Source: Candidatus Fermentibacteraceae bacterium (lineage in GTDB: Bacteria; Fermentibacterota; Fermentibacteria; Fermentibacterales; JCC-6). Taken from it: a stretch of DNA of 61,879 nucleotides. Under the pieces are notes generated by a model that saw only the letters and a list, made by a program, of their open reading frames with translations, made no database searches and was not told the origin of the DNA. Where the stretch lies: NCBI GenBank assembly GCA_030596465.1, contig JAUVJW010000001.1, positions 1 to 61,879 of the forward strand, in the 5' to 3' direction. Each line of letters starts with the position of its first letter. The stretch's first letter is position 1. The position numbers and the translations under genes are program-made. This document shows, piece by piece, positions 27,280-36,065 of this stretch.

Positions 27280-27858
27280 ATGCACAGATCAGGTAACGAG
27301 GTTGCTTACAAGATAGTCTACTACGGTCCTGGTCTTTCAGGAAAAACAACCAACTTGAGGGGTATACGCGATATCATAGCCCCCGAGAACAGAGGAAGGC
27401 TTGTAACTCTTTGTACAAGATGCGAGAGAACCGTATTTTTCGATTTTCTTCCTGTGAATTTTGCCAGAATCGGGGATATGCGGGTTAAGCTTCATCTGTA
27501 TTCTGTACCCGGGCAGGCATACTATGCCCTCAGTCGCAGGGTGATTCTTGATGGTATTGATGGGGTTGTCTTTGTGGCGGACAGTCAGCAGGAAAGAGCT
27601 GAAGCAAATCTCAGTACCATTGATGACCTGGAACACAACCTGAAAAGTTACGGTTTTGATATGTCCATGATTCCCATGGTTCTTCAGTTCAACAAAAGAG
27701 ATCTTCCAGGAATAATGTCAACAAGTAAAATGGATGAGGATCTTAACAAATTTGGGTGGCCCACAGTAGAGTCCGTTGCTATAGGTGGAAGCGGTCCGGC
27801 GGAGACCCTGAAGATCATTGCCACTCAGATAGCCAAGCGCCATGCGCGCACGGGCTGA
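27280..27858 (+). CDS. Second MglA-family small GTPase paralog
   Basis: YKIVYYGPGLSGKTTNL, ERTVFFDFLP, LYSVPGQ, FVADSQ and NKRDL. By eye, roughly half of the aligned residues are identical to the 17326-17928 product. Confidence 0.8.
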   Translation: MHRSGNEVAYKIVYYGPGLSGKTTNLRGIRDIIAPENRGRLVTLCTRCERTVFFDFLPVNFARIGDMRVKLHLYSVPGQAYYALSRRVILDGIDGVVFVADSQQERAEANLSTIDDLEHNLKSYGFDMSMIPMVLQFNKRDLPGIMSTSKMDEDLNKFGWPTVESVAIGGSGPAETLKIIATQIAKRHARTG

Positions 27859-29983
27859 AACCAGGTCTTATCTTAGAGTCGTCTTCATTCTGCTGCTGCT
27901 TGTAGCAGGAGGGTTTGCTTTCCGTACAGTTTTTGCCCGGTCAGTAATGCAACCTCCGACCAGAATGCAGGGAGAAACCACCCAGGCATACAGATACACT
28001 CGAATGGTATCCCAGGGTAGAGAAATACCGGCAGTGGACACTCTGGTCATGCGTCCACAGGGAATGATCACGGCAGAAAATTCTATTTTTGAGGAATATA
28101 TCGCGGGATGGACGCACCGAATCATCGGTGGGGATTTTAACAGTTTTATGCTCATATTCTGTCGTCTTTTTCCACTTCTGGTGCTCCCGATAATTTTTAT
28201 CTGGATGCGTAATTCGGCTTTTTCAATGCCGGAGTCTTTCGCGGGAGCGGGGTTGTACTCTGTTTTCCTGCCTGCGCTTCTTCGAACCAGAGGGGAGAGC
28301 TTTTACCGCGAGACCGTTGCGCTACCTCTAATTACACTTACTCTTGCGCTGACCGATATGGGGATTCGAAGCCACAGGAAAGATTCTCTGAAATATTCTT
28401 TCGCGGCCGCGGCAACTCTGTTTCTTGCTCTTGCGTCATGGAAAGTAACTGGCTTTATCTCTTTCTTTCTTTTCATCTGGCTGGCTTTTAGAAAACCCGG
28501 TCTTCGCACAGTGCTTCCCATGGCTGTAAGCCAACTTGCTGCTTCTGTTCTTCTGACCCATATGCGTCACGACGGAGCCTTGCTTTCTCCGGGAACTCTT
28601 ATGGCCGTTGTGGCAGTTGCTTCCGAGTATTTTAACCGTAAATTTGTACCATGGTCAGGACTTCTTGCTTCTCTCGCGACGGGAGTATTTTTCAGTTCTT
28701 CCACAAGCGGCCATGTAGCTTCAGTAATTACGGCAAAACTTAAATTTATGTTCAGCCACCCGGAGGATCCAACTCTGCTGTCCGGAGATGCCCGTCTTTT
28801 CTGGGTCAGCGGTTATACAAGTCCATCCATTGGACAGGTAATTCTGCTTTTCGGAGTTGCCGCAGTTATTGCCGTATGGGGATGGAAACCACTGAGAGAA
28901 AAGACTCGCGGATCGGCCATGCTCTTTCTCGTACCTCTTTCTGCTGCCGGATACTTATTCTTTGACAGACTTCATGTACTTCTGGCCATCGGTATTATTC
29001 CAGTGGTTATAGCTGCTTTGCGAGGCCGCAGATGGATGCTTCCGGTTCTGCTGACAGTCTTTGGTCTTCAAGCAATGTTTGCGCCTCAACTGGCGACTTT
29101 ACTTTCATCTACGGGTCTTTCATTTGGTGATTCTTCCTCATTTCTCAAAGATTCCGAGCTTGACGAATTCATTGACTGGGCAGAGGATAATCCGGGAACT
29201 ATGCTTTCCTTCTGGCACATTTCAGGATTGCTTTCCGCCTACGCTGAAATGCCGGTTGTCACTCACACCTTCTTTGAAAATACAGAAAACCGTGAAACCA
29301 TTATTGAGTTTGCCGAAAGAATCTACGGCACAGAAGACGAAATGGTTGGCTTTATGGAGAATACGGGAGCAGAGTATCTTGCTTACCAGGCAGATTTTAT
29401 CTTCGATAATACCCCTCAGGGACTTCTTTACCTGGCTGCGCTCACAGAAATTCCTGATGGTTCCCTCGTAATAAGACTTCATTACTATCCCCAGTCTCTT
29501 GAAAGATTAAGGCTTGTATGGCAGGGGCCGTCAATAAGAGTATTTCAACTTGACGGAACACCGGAAGCATTGTCCAGGCAGCCGCTGTGGGAAGTCCGTT
29601 ATGCTTCGTTTATTCACGACTGCGAGATGGCGGGTGCCGTGGTTAATTCTCCGGTTGAAACGGGAATTTATCTTGCCGAGCAGGGATTTGACACCGGTAA
29701 TTCCCAGAAGCTGTCAGCCGCTCTGCTGATCTTTTCAAAACACAGAGACGAAGTTCCGGCCGATGCCGCAATCAGTCTTCTTCAGGAACTTCTTATGGCT
29801 CACCTGAACGGTGAATATTCCATTGAATATCTGGAAGAAGATTTTGTTGCTTATCTTGAAGCATGGGGTCCTGATCCTCAGCTTCGTTACGATCTTGTGA
29901 GGCTTCTGAGAAACAATAACCTTGATCAGAGGGCAGATTACCACATGGAGATTACTGAAAGAATGGGAAGAAGCGGCATATGA
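27842..29983 (+). CDS. Large polytopic membrane protein, STT3/PglB/AglB-like architecture (function unproven)
   Basis: About 11-13 TM spans are followed by a soluble domain of about 270 aa. The first loop AYRYTRMV..G.IPAVD...RPQG resembles the STT3 loop-1 pattern. SFWHISG (29210-29227) sits where WWDYG is expected and is followed by THTFFENTENRE, resembling the DNnTwN-type block. Its start overlaps the GTPase gene by 17 nt. Confidence 0.45.
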   Translation: MRARAETRSYLRVVFILLLLVAGGFAFRTVFARSVMQPPTRMQGETTQAYRYTRMVSQGREIPAVDTLVMRPQGMITAENSIFEEYIAGWTHRIIGGDFNSFMLIFCRLFPLLVLPIIFIWMRNSAFSMPESFAGAGLYSVFLPALLRTRGESFYRETVALPLITLTLALTDMGIRSHRKDSLKYSFAAAATLFLALASWKVTGFISFFLFIWLAFRKPGLRTVLPMAVSQLAASVLLTHMRHDGALLSPGTLMAVVAVASEYFNRKFVPWSGLLASLATGVFFSSSTSGHVASVITAKLKFMFSHPEDPTLLSGDARLFWVSGYTSPSIGQVILLFGVAAVIAVWGWKPLREKTRGSAMLFLVPLSAAGYLFFDRLHVLLAIGIIPVVIAALRGRRWMLPVLLTVFGLQAMFAPQLATLLSSTGLSFGDSSSFLKDSELDEFIDWAEDNPGTMLSFWHISGLLSAYAEMPVVTHTFFENTENRETIIEFAERIYGTEDEMVGFMENTGAEYLAYQADFIFDNTPQGLLYLAALTEIPDGSLVIRLHYYPQSLERLRLVWQGPSIRVFQLDGTPEALSRQPLWEVRYASFIHDCEMAGAVVNSPVETGIYLAEQGFDTGNSQKLSAALLIFSKHRDEVPADAAISLLQELLMAHLNGEYSIEYLEEDFVAYLEAWGPDPQLRYDLVRLLRNNNLDQRADYHMEITERMGRSGI

Positions 29984-30783
29984 GCATCAAATTCCTTAAA
30001 ATGAGCGGTGCCGGGAATGATTTTATCATGGTTGATAACAGAGACGGCGGGTACTCATCTCTGCTGGACAGTGAGAGAATAACTGAACTGTGCAGAAGAG
30101 GGTTGTCCGTTGGAGCTGATGGTCTTATAGAGCTGAGGAAAGATGTTTCGCATCCATTTGCAATGAAGTACTACAATTCCGACGGTGGCCCTGCAGGCAT
30201 GTGCGGTAACGGAGCCAGGTGTATCTGCCGTTTCGCTGTTGAACTTGGAATAGTTGAGCAGGGAGTTGAATTTTCATTCAGAAGTGATGCGGGCAGCCAC
30301 CGGGGTCTGGTGACCGGTAACAGCGAGGCAAGAATATGGATTACTGAACCTGTTATTCATTTTCTTAAAAAGCAAATCAGAACAGGACATGGAATTCAAG
30401 TTGGATTTGCCGATACCGGGGTTCCTCATGCTGTGGTATTCAGTAGTAATATTGAAGATGGTTCCTTTGAGAAGTATGCCTCCTCGATCAGATCACACCC
30501 TGAATTCGGTACGGATGGTGTTAATGTAAACTGGGTTAAGGTGCGGGAAAATGGAACCATGGTAATGAGAACCTTCGAGAGAGGGGTGGAAGCTGAGACT
30601 CTTGCATGCGGCACCGGAGCAGTGGCTTCGGCCCTGATAGCATCTGAAAGGTTTGATTCGGTTTCCTTACCTGTTAGAATAACCGTGCGCAGCGGACTTG
30701 ATCTTTCGGTTGGAAAGGATTCATCCGGCTGGTGGCTTCAGGGTGAGGCCAGGATTATCTACAGAGCGGAGACAGTTTCTTGA
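29980..30783 (+). CDS. dapF: Diaminopimelate epimerase
   Basis: FLKMSGAGNDFIMVDNRD, with catalytic cysteines in MCGNGARC and LACGTGAVA. Confidence 0.9.
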   Translation: MSIKFLKMSGAGNDFIMVDNRDGGYSSLLDSERITELCRRGLSVGADGLIELRKDVSHPFAMKYYNSDGGPAGMCGNGARCICRFAVELGIVEQGVEFSFRSDAGSHRGLVTGNSEARIWITEPVIHFLKKQIRTGHGIQVGFADTGVPHAVVFSSNIEDGSFEKYASSIRSHPEFGTDGVNVNWVKVRENGTMVMRTFERGVEAETLACGTGAVASALIASERFDSVSLPVRITVRSGLDLSVGKDSSGWWLQGEARIIYRAETVS

Positions 30784-30788
30784 AAAGA

Positions 30789-30864
30789 GCGGGCGTAACT
30801 CAGTTGGTAGAGTGTCAGCTTCCCATGCTGAATGTCGCGGGTTCGATCCCCGTTGCCCGCTCCA
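30789..30864 (+). tRNA. tRNA-Gly (anticodon CCC), CCA encoded
   Basis: Hand-folded cloverleaf: acceptor GCGGGCG/TGCCCGC, D arm ACTC-AGTTGGTA-GAGT, anticodon arm TCAGC-TTCCCAT-GCTGA, variable loop ATGTC, T arm GCGGG-TTCGATC-CCCGT, discriminator T, then CCA. Confidence 0.9.
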
Positions 30865-30880
30865 TAACACGGGAAACACT

Positions 30881-31477
30881 ATGATACTTCTTATACTTTT
30901 ACTGCTTGCGTATACGCAATCACCTGTTCAGGGTATATGGAATCTGCGAGCAGGTCTTGAAACAGAGGGTATACCCGCAGTTACGGGCGCATCTATCTAC
31001 AACAGGGTTAACATGGCTTCAGCAACGGAATTATCATCAGATGAAATGCTTCGTAGAATTAACGGAGGAGACAACTCCATGATAGTTCCCCTGACTGCTC
31101 TTCTTGTTTCAGAGGGTAAGGCTGAGCTGGCAGAGATATACTGGGAACTGGAAGGATTTGAGCTGCCCGCCACAAGAAAAGATCTTCTTGATGCTCTCGC
31201 CTGGTTTGGGAGGTACGAACTTTATCCGGTAATGGCACTGGAGCCTGCCATTCCCCCTGATATGCAGGAATCAATGCATTCCGGACAATGCGGGGCTGTT
31301 TGTGCTCTGGGGTGGATGACTACAAGGGAAGACGGTTTGTTTCACGGAGAGGATCTGGTATCGCCATCAGATATCAGGATTCTTTCCAATTATTTTCCCC
31401 AGGTCAGCCCGGTTATGAAATATATTACCGGTGAAGCACTTGAATACATGTTCCGTACAACAACCGGGGTTTTGTGA
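30881..31477 (+). CDS. Hypothetical secreted protein
   Basis: The ATG at 30881 gives MILLILLLLAYTQSPVQG, a signal-peptide-like N-terminus. The upstream part of ORF 30698-31477 overlaps the tRNA and was discarded. Confidence 0.55.
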   Translation: MILLILLLLAYTQSPVQGIWNLRAGLETEGIPAVTGASIYNRVNMASATELSSDEMLRRINGGDNSMIVPLTALLVSEGKAELAEIYWELEGFELPATRKDLLDALAWFGRYELYPVMALEPAIPPDMQESMHSGQCGAVCALGWMTTREDGLFHGEDLVSPSDIRILSNYFPQVSPVMKYITGEALEYMFRTTTGVL

Positions 31478-32106
31478 TGAATCTTGACGAAGTTCAGCAA
31501 CGACATCTTGAACAGTTGTCATGGGCTCTGGAAACAATAAAGAAAACACAGGAACAGCTTCCAATTGCTCCTGCGCTTGTATCCTGGGTTCGTATTGTTC
31601 TTCTCCCATTCTGTCTCTGGGCTGGCTGGAGTTCCAACTACACAGTCATGTTCTGGCTTTGCATTGTTGCGGCTTCAAGTGATTACATTGATGGCTGGCT
31701 GGCAAGAAGACTGAAAAAATCCAGCACACCGGGAAAAACTCTGGACATTCTGGCAGACAAGCTGTTCCTTTCAGTAATGCTGATATTTCTGGCAAGGCTG
31801 GGAGCTGTAAATGCGTTACTGGGCATGATTCCGGCGTGGTATCATATCATTGTTGTTCTCGGTCTTCTTGTGGTATCATGGAGTATTAAGACACCTGTAG
31901 TGGCAATTACCACAAGCGAAAGACTCACAATTATTTTTAGTTATGTTCTTGTTCTCGCTGCTGCTGGAACTCTGGCATATCCCGATAAGAGTATTTTCTT
32001 TAAAATTACATGGGTTGCTCAAATACTGACACCAATTTCAGTGCTTCTGGGTGTTATCAGCTACTTCAGATTTTCAAGAAGACTTATACAGAGGTACATG
32101 CAATGA
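31474..32106 (+). CDS. CDP-alcohol phosphatidyltransferase family protein
   Basis: DYIDGWLARRLKKSSTPGKTLDILADKL fits D-x2-D-G-x2-A-R-x8-G-x3-D-x3-D exactly. Multi-pass membrane protein. Confidence 0.8.
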   Translation: MMNLDEVQQRHLEQLSWALETIKKTQEQLPIAPALVSWVRIVLLPFCLWAGWSSNYTVMFWLCIVAASSDYIDGWLARRLKKSSTPGKTLDILADKLFLSVMLIFLARLGAVNALLGMIPAWYHIIVVLGLLVVSWSIKTPVVAITTSERLTIIFSYVLVLAAAGTLAYPDKSIFFKITWVAQILTPISVLLGVISYFRFSRRLIQRYMQ

Positions 32107-32774
32107 CAGTGTTTATACTTGTTCTCCTTACAGGTTTCTCCCCGACGGAGCTTGAGCGGGCCGGACTGCTCGCGGAGGCCGGGGCCGCCTGGGAAGAGGA
32201 GGAGAATCTTGCAGGACAAATACGAGTTATGGGCAGATTGATAGAAGAAGCCATTTACGCCGGTGACGGCAGAAGAGCAGTTCTTCTTTCAGTTGAGTTG
32301 CAAAGTGTCTGCAACAACGGTGATCTCAATGATTTCTGGATGGCTAGAATTGCCTGGACCTCAGGTCTTTCCGAGTATGCCGCAGGGGAACTTCTTCTTT
32401 TGTCCCCAACTGATCCATGGCTTTTTCACAGAGCCCGGGGTTTGTCCGCTCTTTTTCGGGAAGACGGCGAAACGGCGGTGGAGGAATTGACACAGTCAAT
32501 TGCTTCTGCCTCAACAGCAAGAAAAGCTTTCTGGAGCGCAATTGATCTGTGTTCTGCATATATGACTCTTGGAATGTATGAGGAGGCACTTCTTCTTTCC
32601 AGGTTGATTCGAGTTCATTACCCCGGTGATGCACTGGGAGATGTTATGTACGGTTTGTGCCTCCAGGTATCCGGACAATTCGGCGAATCCTCCAGAGTTC
32701 TGAACTCGGTGGATTCATCAAGTCCCGCAGCGGAATTAATAGCCAGGAGCATTATGGAAGGATTTGAGCAGTGA
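32103..32774 (+). CDS. Hypothetical helical-repeat (TPR-like) protein with N-terminal hydrophobic segment
   Basis: I chose the ATG at 32103 (overlaps the upstream stop). MTVFILVLLTGF is followed by an Ala/Leu-rich helical repeat. Confidence 0.5.
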   Translation: MTVFILVLLTGFSPTELERAGLLAEAGAAWEEEENLAGQIRVMGRLIEEAIYAGDGRRAVLLSVELQSVCNNGDLNDFWMARIAWTSGLSEYAAGELLLLSPTDPWLFHRARGLSALFREDGETAVEELTQSIASASTARKAFWSAIDLCSAYMTLGMYEEALLLSRLIRVHYPGDALGDVMYGLCLQVSGQFGESSRVLNSVDSSSPAAELIARSIMEGFEQ

Positions 32775-33661
32775 AGTTCATAAAGAATCTGTTTGGCAGA
32801 AGAAGAGAAGCCAGGGTCTCTGCAAACTGGAGTGATTTCAGATTTCCTTCAGATATACAGAAACCTGAATCTGTTGGTGTTTTTTCTTCTATGGATACAT
32901 CTGAAGCGTGGTCCGCTGTCTATATGGCAAAGGCTCTCCAGGATGCCTATCCCGGCATTCCGGTTCATTTTGTAACACACCGGGACATGAATGAACTGGC
33001 GGGATTTCTTCCCTGGACTCCAGAGGTACATATATATACCGGTGATTCGGGATCTGTGGATCCACAGCTTTCGGAAGGTATACTGTTTTTCTGCCCTCAG
33101 CCTGGAGATGATCTGCTAAGGTTTATAGAGAAGACATCCCCGCTGGCCTGTGTTTCATCGGAAAGTCATCCAGCGGCAAACATCAGAATTAAAACGGCAG
33201 CAGACGAATTTCCCGGCAGTATACATGGAATTATGAATATTCTCAAAATGAGGGTTGATACAAACTGGAAACCAATTGTGCCGCGTGTGCTGGCCGATAA
33301 AGCATCCACGATTCTTTCACCGGTTTCTCACAGAACACTGCCATACATTCTTGCCACGGAAGCGGCTTCTGCGATTTTTGAGAAAAAGCACGCCGAGGTT
33401 CCACTGAAAATTGTCATTGTGGACGGTAAGAACAGCAGCATTCCACCGGAAACAAGTGAGGGAATATTAGCCGCAATGGTTGCCGGAGCATCCGCTGTTG
33501 CCACCACCGGAAAAGATCTCTGGATTCACGCGAGAGCCCTCGGGATACCTGTTATCGGCCTTGACAGGAAGGAATCATTTACCGGGTGGGGTGGTGAACC
33601 CGCAACGGGAGATACCCAATTCCTCGAGCAATGGGCATCTCTTATCAGACTTGGATGGTAG
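32771..33661 (+). CDS. Hypothetical protein (possibly a GT-B/GT9-like fold; unproven)
   Basis: GTG start overlaps the upstream stop (GTGA). No diagnostic motif was recognised. Its position between a CDP-alcohol transferase and tagD suggests an envelope role. Confidence 0.45.
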   Translation: MKFIKNLFGRRREARVSANWSDFRFPSDIQKPESVGVFSSMDTSEAWSAVYMAKALQDAYPGIPVHFVTHRDMNELAGFLPWTPEVHIYTGDSGSVDPQLSEGILFFCPQPGDDLLRFIEKTSPLACVSSESHPAANIRIKTAADEFPGSIHGIMNILKMRVDTNWKPIVPRVLADKASTILSPVSHRTLPYILATEAASAIFEKKHAEVPLKIVIVDGKNSSIPPETSEGILAAMVAGASAVATTGKDLWIHARALGIPVIGLDRKESFTGWGGEPATGDTQFLEQWASLIRLGW

Positions 33662-33666
33662 GAGCA

Positions 33667-34071
33667 ATGAAAAAGGTAATTACATACGGAACATTTGATC
33701 TGTTTCATATAGGTCATTTGAATATGCTTAAGCGGGCAAGGACTCTTGGGGATTACCTTGTGGTAGCTGTCTCAACAGATGAGTTTAATACCGGGAAGCA
33801 CAAGCAGTGTGTTTATCCCTATTCACACAGGGCGCGGATTGTTGAAGCAATACGATTTGTTGATAAGGTAATTCCGGAAAAAAGCTGGGAACAGAAAGTA
33901 GAGGATATCATAAATCATTCCATTGACATTTTTGTTATAGGTAATGACTGGGCCGGGAAGTTTGACTTTCTGAAGGAATACTGTGAAGTAGTGTATCTTC
34001 CCAGAACAAAAAGCATTTCAACCACTGCTATCAAGAGCACGGTTCAGAACGGCAAATCGATCTCCACATGA
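33667..34071 (+). CDS. tagD: Glycerol-3-phosphate cytidylyltransferase
   Basis: KKVITYGTFDLFHIGHLNMLKRAR (HxGH), and a 134-aa size typical of TagD. GGTAGGAG lies upstream of the ATG at 33667. Confidence 0.9.
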   Translation: MKKVITYGTFDLFHIGHLNMLKRARTLGDYLVVAVSTDEFNTGKHKQCVYPYSHRARIVEAIRFVDKVIPEKSWEQKVEDIINHSIDIFVIGNDWAGKFDFLKEYCEVVYLPRTKSISTTAIKSTVQNGKSIST

Positions 34072-35105
34072 AATTACTTTTCTATGTTTCCAAACTGTAT
34101 TCTCTCCCTGTAGTTCAACCTCTTGTTAATGAAGCGGATATGAGAAAAGCTGAAATTGCTTTTATTGTGAGTGCCAGGGTAAGAAGACATTTCCCCGAAG
34201 CCCTTTCCGGGTTCCAGATCTTTACAGATATGAGAGACGCAATAGCTTTCAATCCTGATTTTGTTCTCTGTCCCGGTAATTTTGTTGACTTCCGTCTGCC
34301 CGGGATCAAAGTTGAGCTTTTTCACGGTATTGGCATCGAAAAGCCCTCTCACTACAAGATACGGCATTTCTTTGATCTTTACCTCACTTCCGGACCGGTT
34401 GTAACAGATCGTTTCAAAGAAATGGAGGAAGAGTACAGATATTTCAGAACAGTTGAAACGGGATGGCCGAAGATTGATCACATCCTGAGTTACGATACTA
34501 CTAACATCAAAAAACGATTCAATCTGCCCCGGGATAAAAAGATTATCCTGTATGCCCCCACACACAGCAAGACTATGGAGTCTGCTTCAGCAATTCTTCC
34601 AAAAATTGAAACAATAATGAAACCGGAAGAAGTCTGGTTCTGTAAACCTCATGAATTTATGAACAGAGAACTTCTTCAGGAATTGCGCAGGAAACAAGTT
34701 AAACTGATAGATGATTATGACATTACCCCTTACCTTCACCTTGCTGATGTACTGATCTCTGATACCTCTTCTGTAATCTACGAATTCATGGTTCTCGACA
34801 AACCGGTAATCACATATCGGACGCTCAGCAGGCGGGACAAAGGAATAGACATACAATCAGTAACAGAGCTAAGAAATGCTCTGGACAGATCTCTATCAGG
34901 ACCGGATGAGTTCTCCCCGCAGAGACACAGACACCTGACTGAGGTAAACCCGCGGCTGGACGGTTCAATCTCAAAAGGGATTATTGACCTGCTCTTGACC
35001 ATAGACTCAACTCAACCGATGGGTAAGGGCAGGAAACCCCTGAACCTCTTCCGGAAAATGCAGATTCTCTACCACAGCTATTTTCGGAAGGGTTATCTCA
35101 GATAA
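34068..35105 (+). CDS. CDP-glycerol glycerophosphotransferase (TagB/TagF family) paralog 1
   Basis: KKIILYAPTH...HLADVLISDTSSVIYEFMVLDKPVITY is the family signature. ATGA overlap with tagD. Confidence 0.8.
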   Translation: MKLLFYVSKLYSLPVVQPLVNEADMRKAEIAFIVSARVRRHFPEALSGFQIFTDMRDAIAFNPDFVLCPGNFVDFRLPGIKVELFHGIGIEKPSHYKIRHFFDLYLTSGPVVTDRFKEMEEEYRYFRTVETGWPKIDHILSYDTTNIKKRFNLPRDKKIILYAPTHSKTMESASAILPKIETIMKPEEVWFCKPHEFMNRELLQELRRKQVKLIDDYDITPYLHLADVLISDTSSVIYEFMVLDKPVITYRTLSRRDKGIDIQSVTELRNALDRSLSGPDEFSPQRHRHLTEVNPRLDGSISKGIIDLLLTIDSTQPMGKGRKPLNLFRKMQILYHSYFRKGYLR

Positions 35106-35218
35106 TCCACTGTAACTGGATAAATATCAACATATATTCAAACATTTAAGTACTATTACCGACTAGTTTATATAGTACATCACAATAGTCAGTGCGGTGG
35201 TAGTATATTTTTCTTTTC

Positions 35219-35247
35219 TTGCGAAAGAGGCTACAAGTCATTATAAT
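35219..35247 (+). promoter_or_regulatory. Candidate sigma-70 promoter in the AT-rich 210-nt gap
   Basis: TTGCGA (35219-35224), 17-nt spacer, TATAAT (35242-35247). It lies about 70 nt upstream of the ATG at 35316. Confidence 0.45.
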
Positions 35248-35315
35248 TCCGCTTAATAATCAATTCTAGAATTTTATAACATATACGGTAACACGAAGTT
35301 ACGCGGAGCACAGTA

Positions 35316-36065
35316 ATGAAAGCAGTAATAATAGCGGCTGGTTGCGGTTCCCGTCTGCAATTGCAGCACGGGGGAATACCCAAGACTCTTCTGGGAATTG
35401 GAAACCGCAGGGTTATTGATATTATCCTTGACGGAGTAGTGAAGTCCGGTATAAGAGATGTGGTAGTTGTTACCGGTTACAAGGCGGTTACACTGGAAAA
35501 CTACTTGAAAACTAATGCGCCGGATACTCTTAATATTGAGATTTCCCGCAATTCATCCTGGGAGTTATCCAACGGTGTATCGGTACTCTGTGCGGAAAAG
35601 AACATTCACCCGGGTGATGATTTTATTCTTTTAATGAGCGATCACATCTTTGAGCCCGAAATGCTCAAACTTACCATTGAAACCGCAATTGAACCGAATC
35701 AGGCTTTACTGGCTCTGGACTTCAAACTTGACAGTATACCTGACCTGGATGACGGTATGAAAATAAAATGCGACAGAATTGAAAGCGGAGGATTTGAAAT
35801 AACCGGACTTGATAAAAGCTACAAAGACTATCAGGCAGTAGACTGCGGGATGTTTAAATTCAATTACTCATTTTTCTCTCTGTTGCGCAGTTGTATTGAG
35901 CAGGGTAAGGACTCTCTCTCAGATGCCTGTAATTCTCTGGCGGGGAATCAGAAGATGATTGGTGTAGATATTGGTGACAGAAGATGGATTGATCTGGATA
36001 CACCCGAGATGTTTTCATTCACTGAACTTATAAAAAGTATAACAGGACAGAGTAGTAAGCCTTGA
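35316..36065 (+). CDS. Nucleotidyltransferase (LicC/cytidylyltransferase-like)
   Basis: MKAVIIAAGCGSRL...IPKTLL N-terminal NTP-transferase signature. The substrate is not deducible. Confidence 0.7.
   Translation: MKAVIIAAGCGSRLQLQHGGIPKTLLGIGNRRVIDIILDGVVKSGIRDVVVVTGYKAVTLENYLKTNAPDTLNIEISRNSSWELSNGVSVLCAEKNIHPGDDFILLMSDHIFEPEMLKLTIETAIEPNQALLALDFKLDSIPDLDDGMKIKCDRIESGGFEITGLDKSYKDYQAVDCGMFKFNYSFFSLLRSCIEQGKDSLSDACNSLAGNQKMIGVDIGDRRWIDLDTPEMFSFTELIKSITGQSSKP

Noticed and set aside
30698-30880. The first 61 codons of the track ORF 30698-31477.
   Set aside because: This part runs across the tRNA-Gly gene (30789-30864) and the end of dapF. The signal-peptide-like start at ATG 30881 is the credible CDS start.
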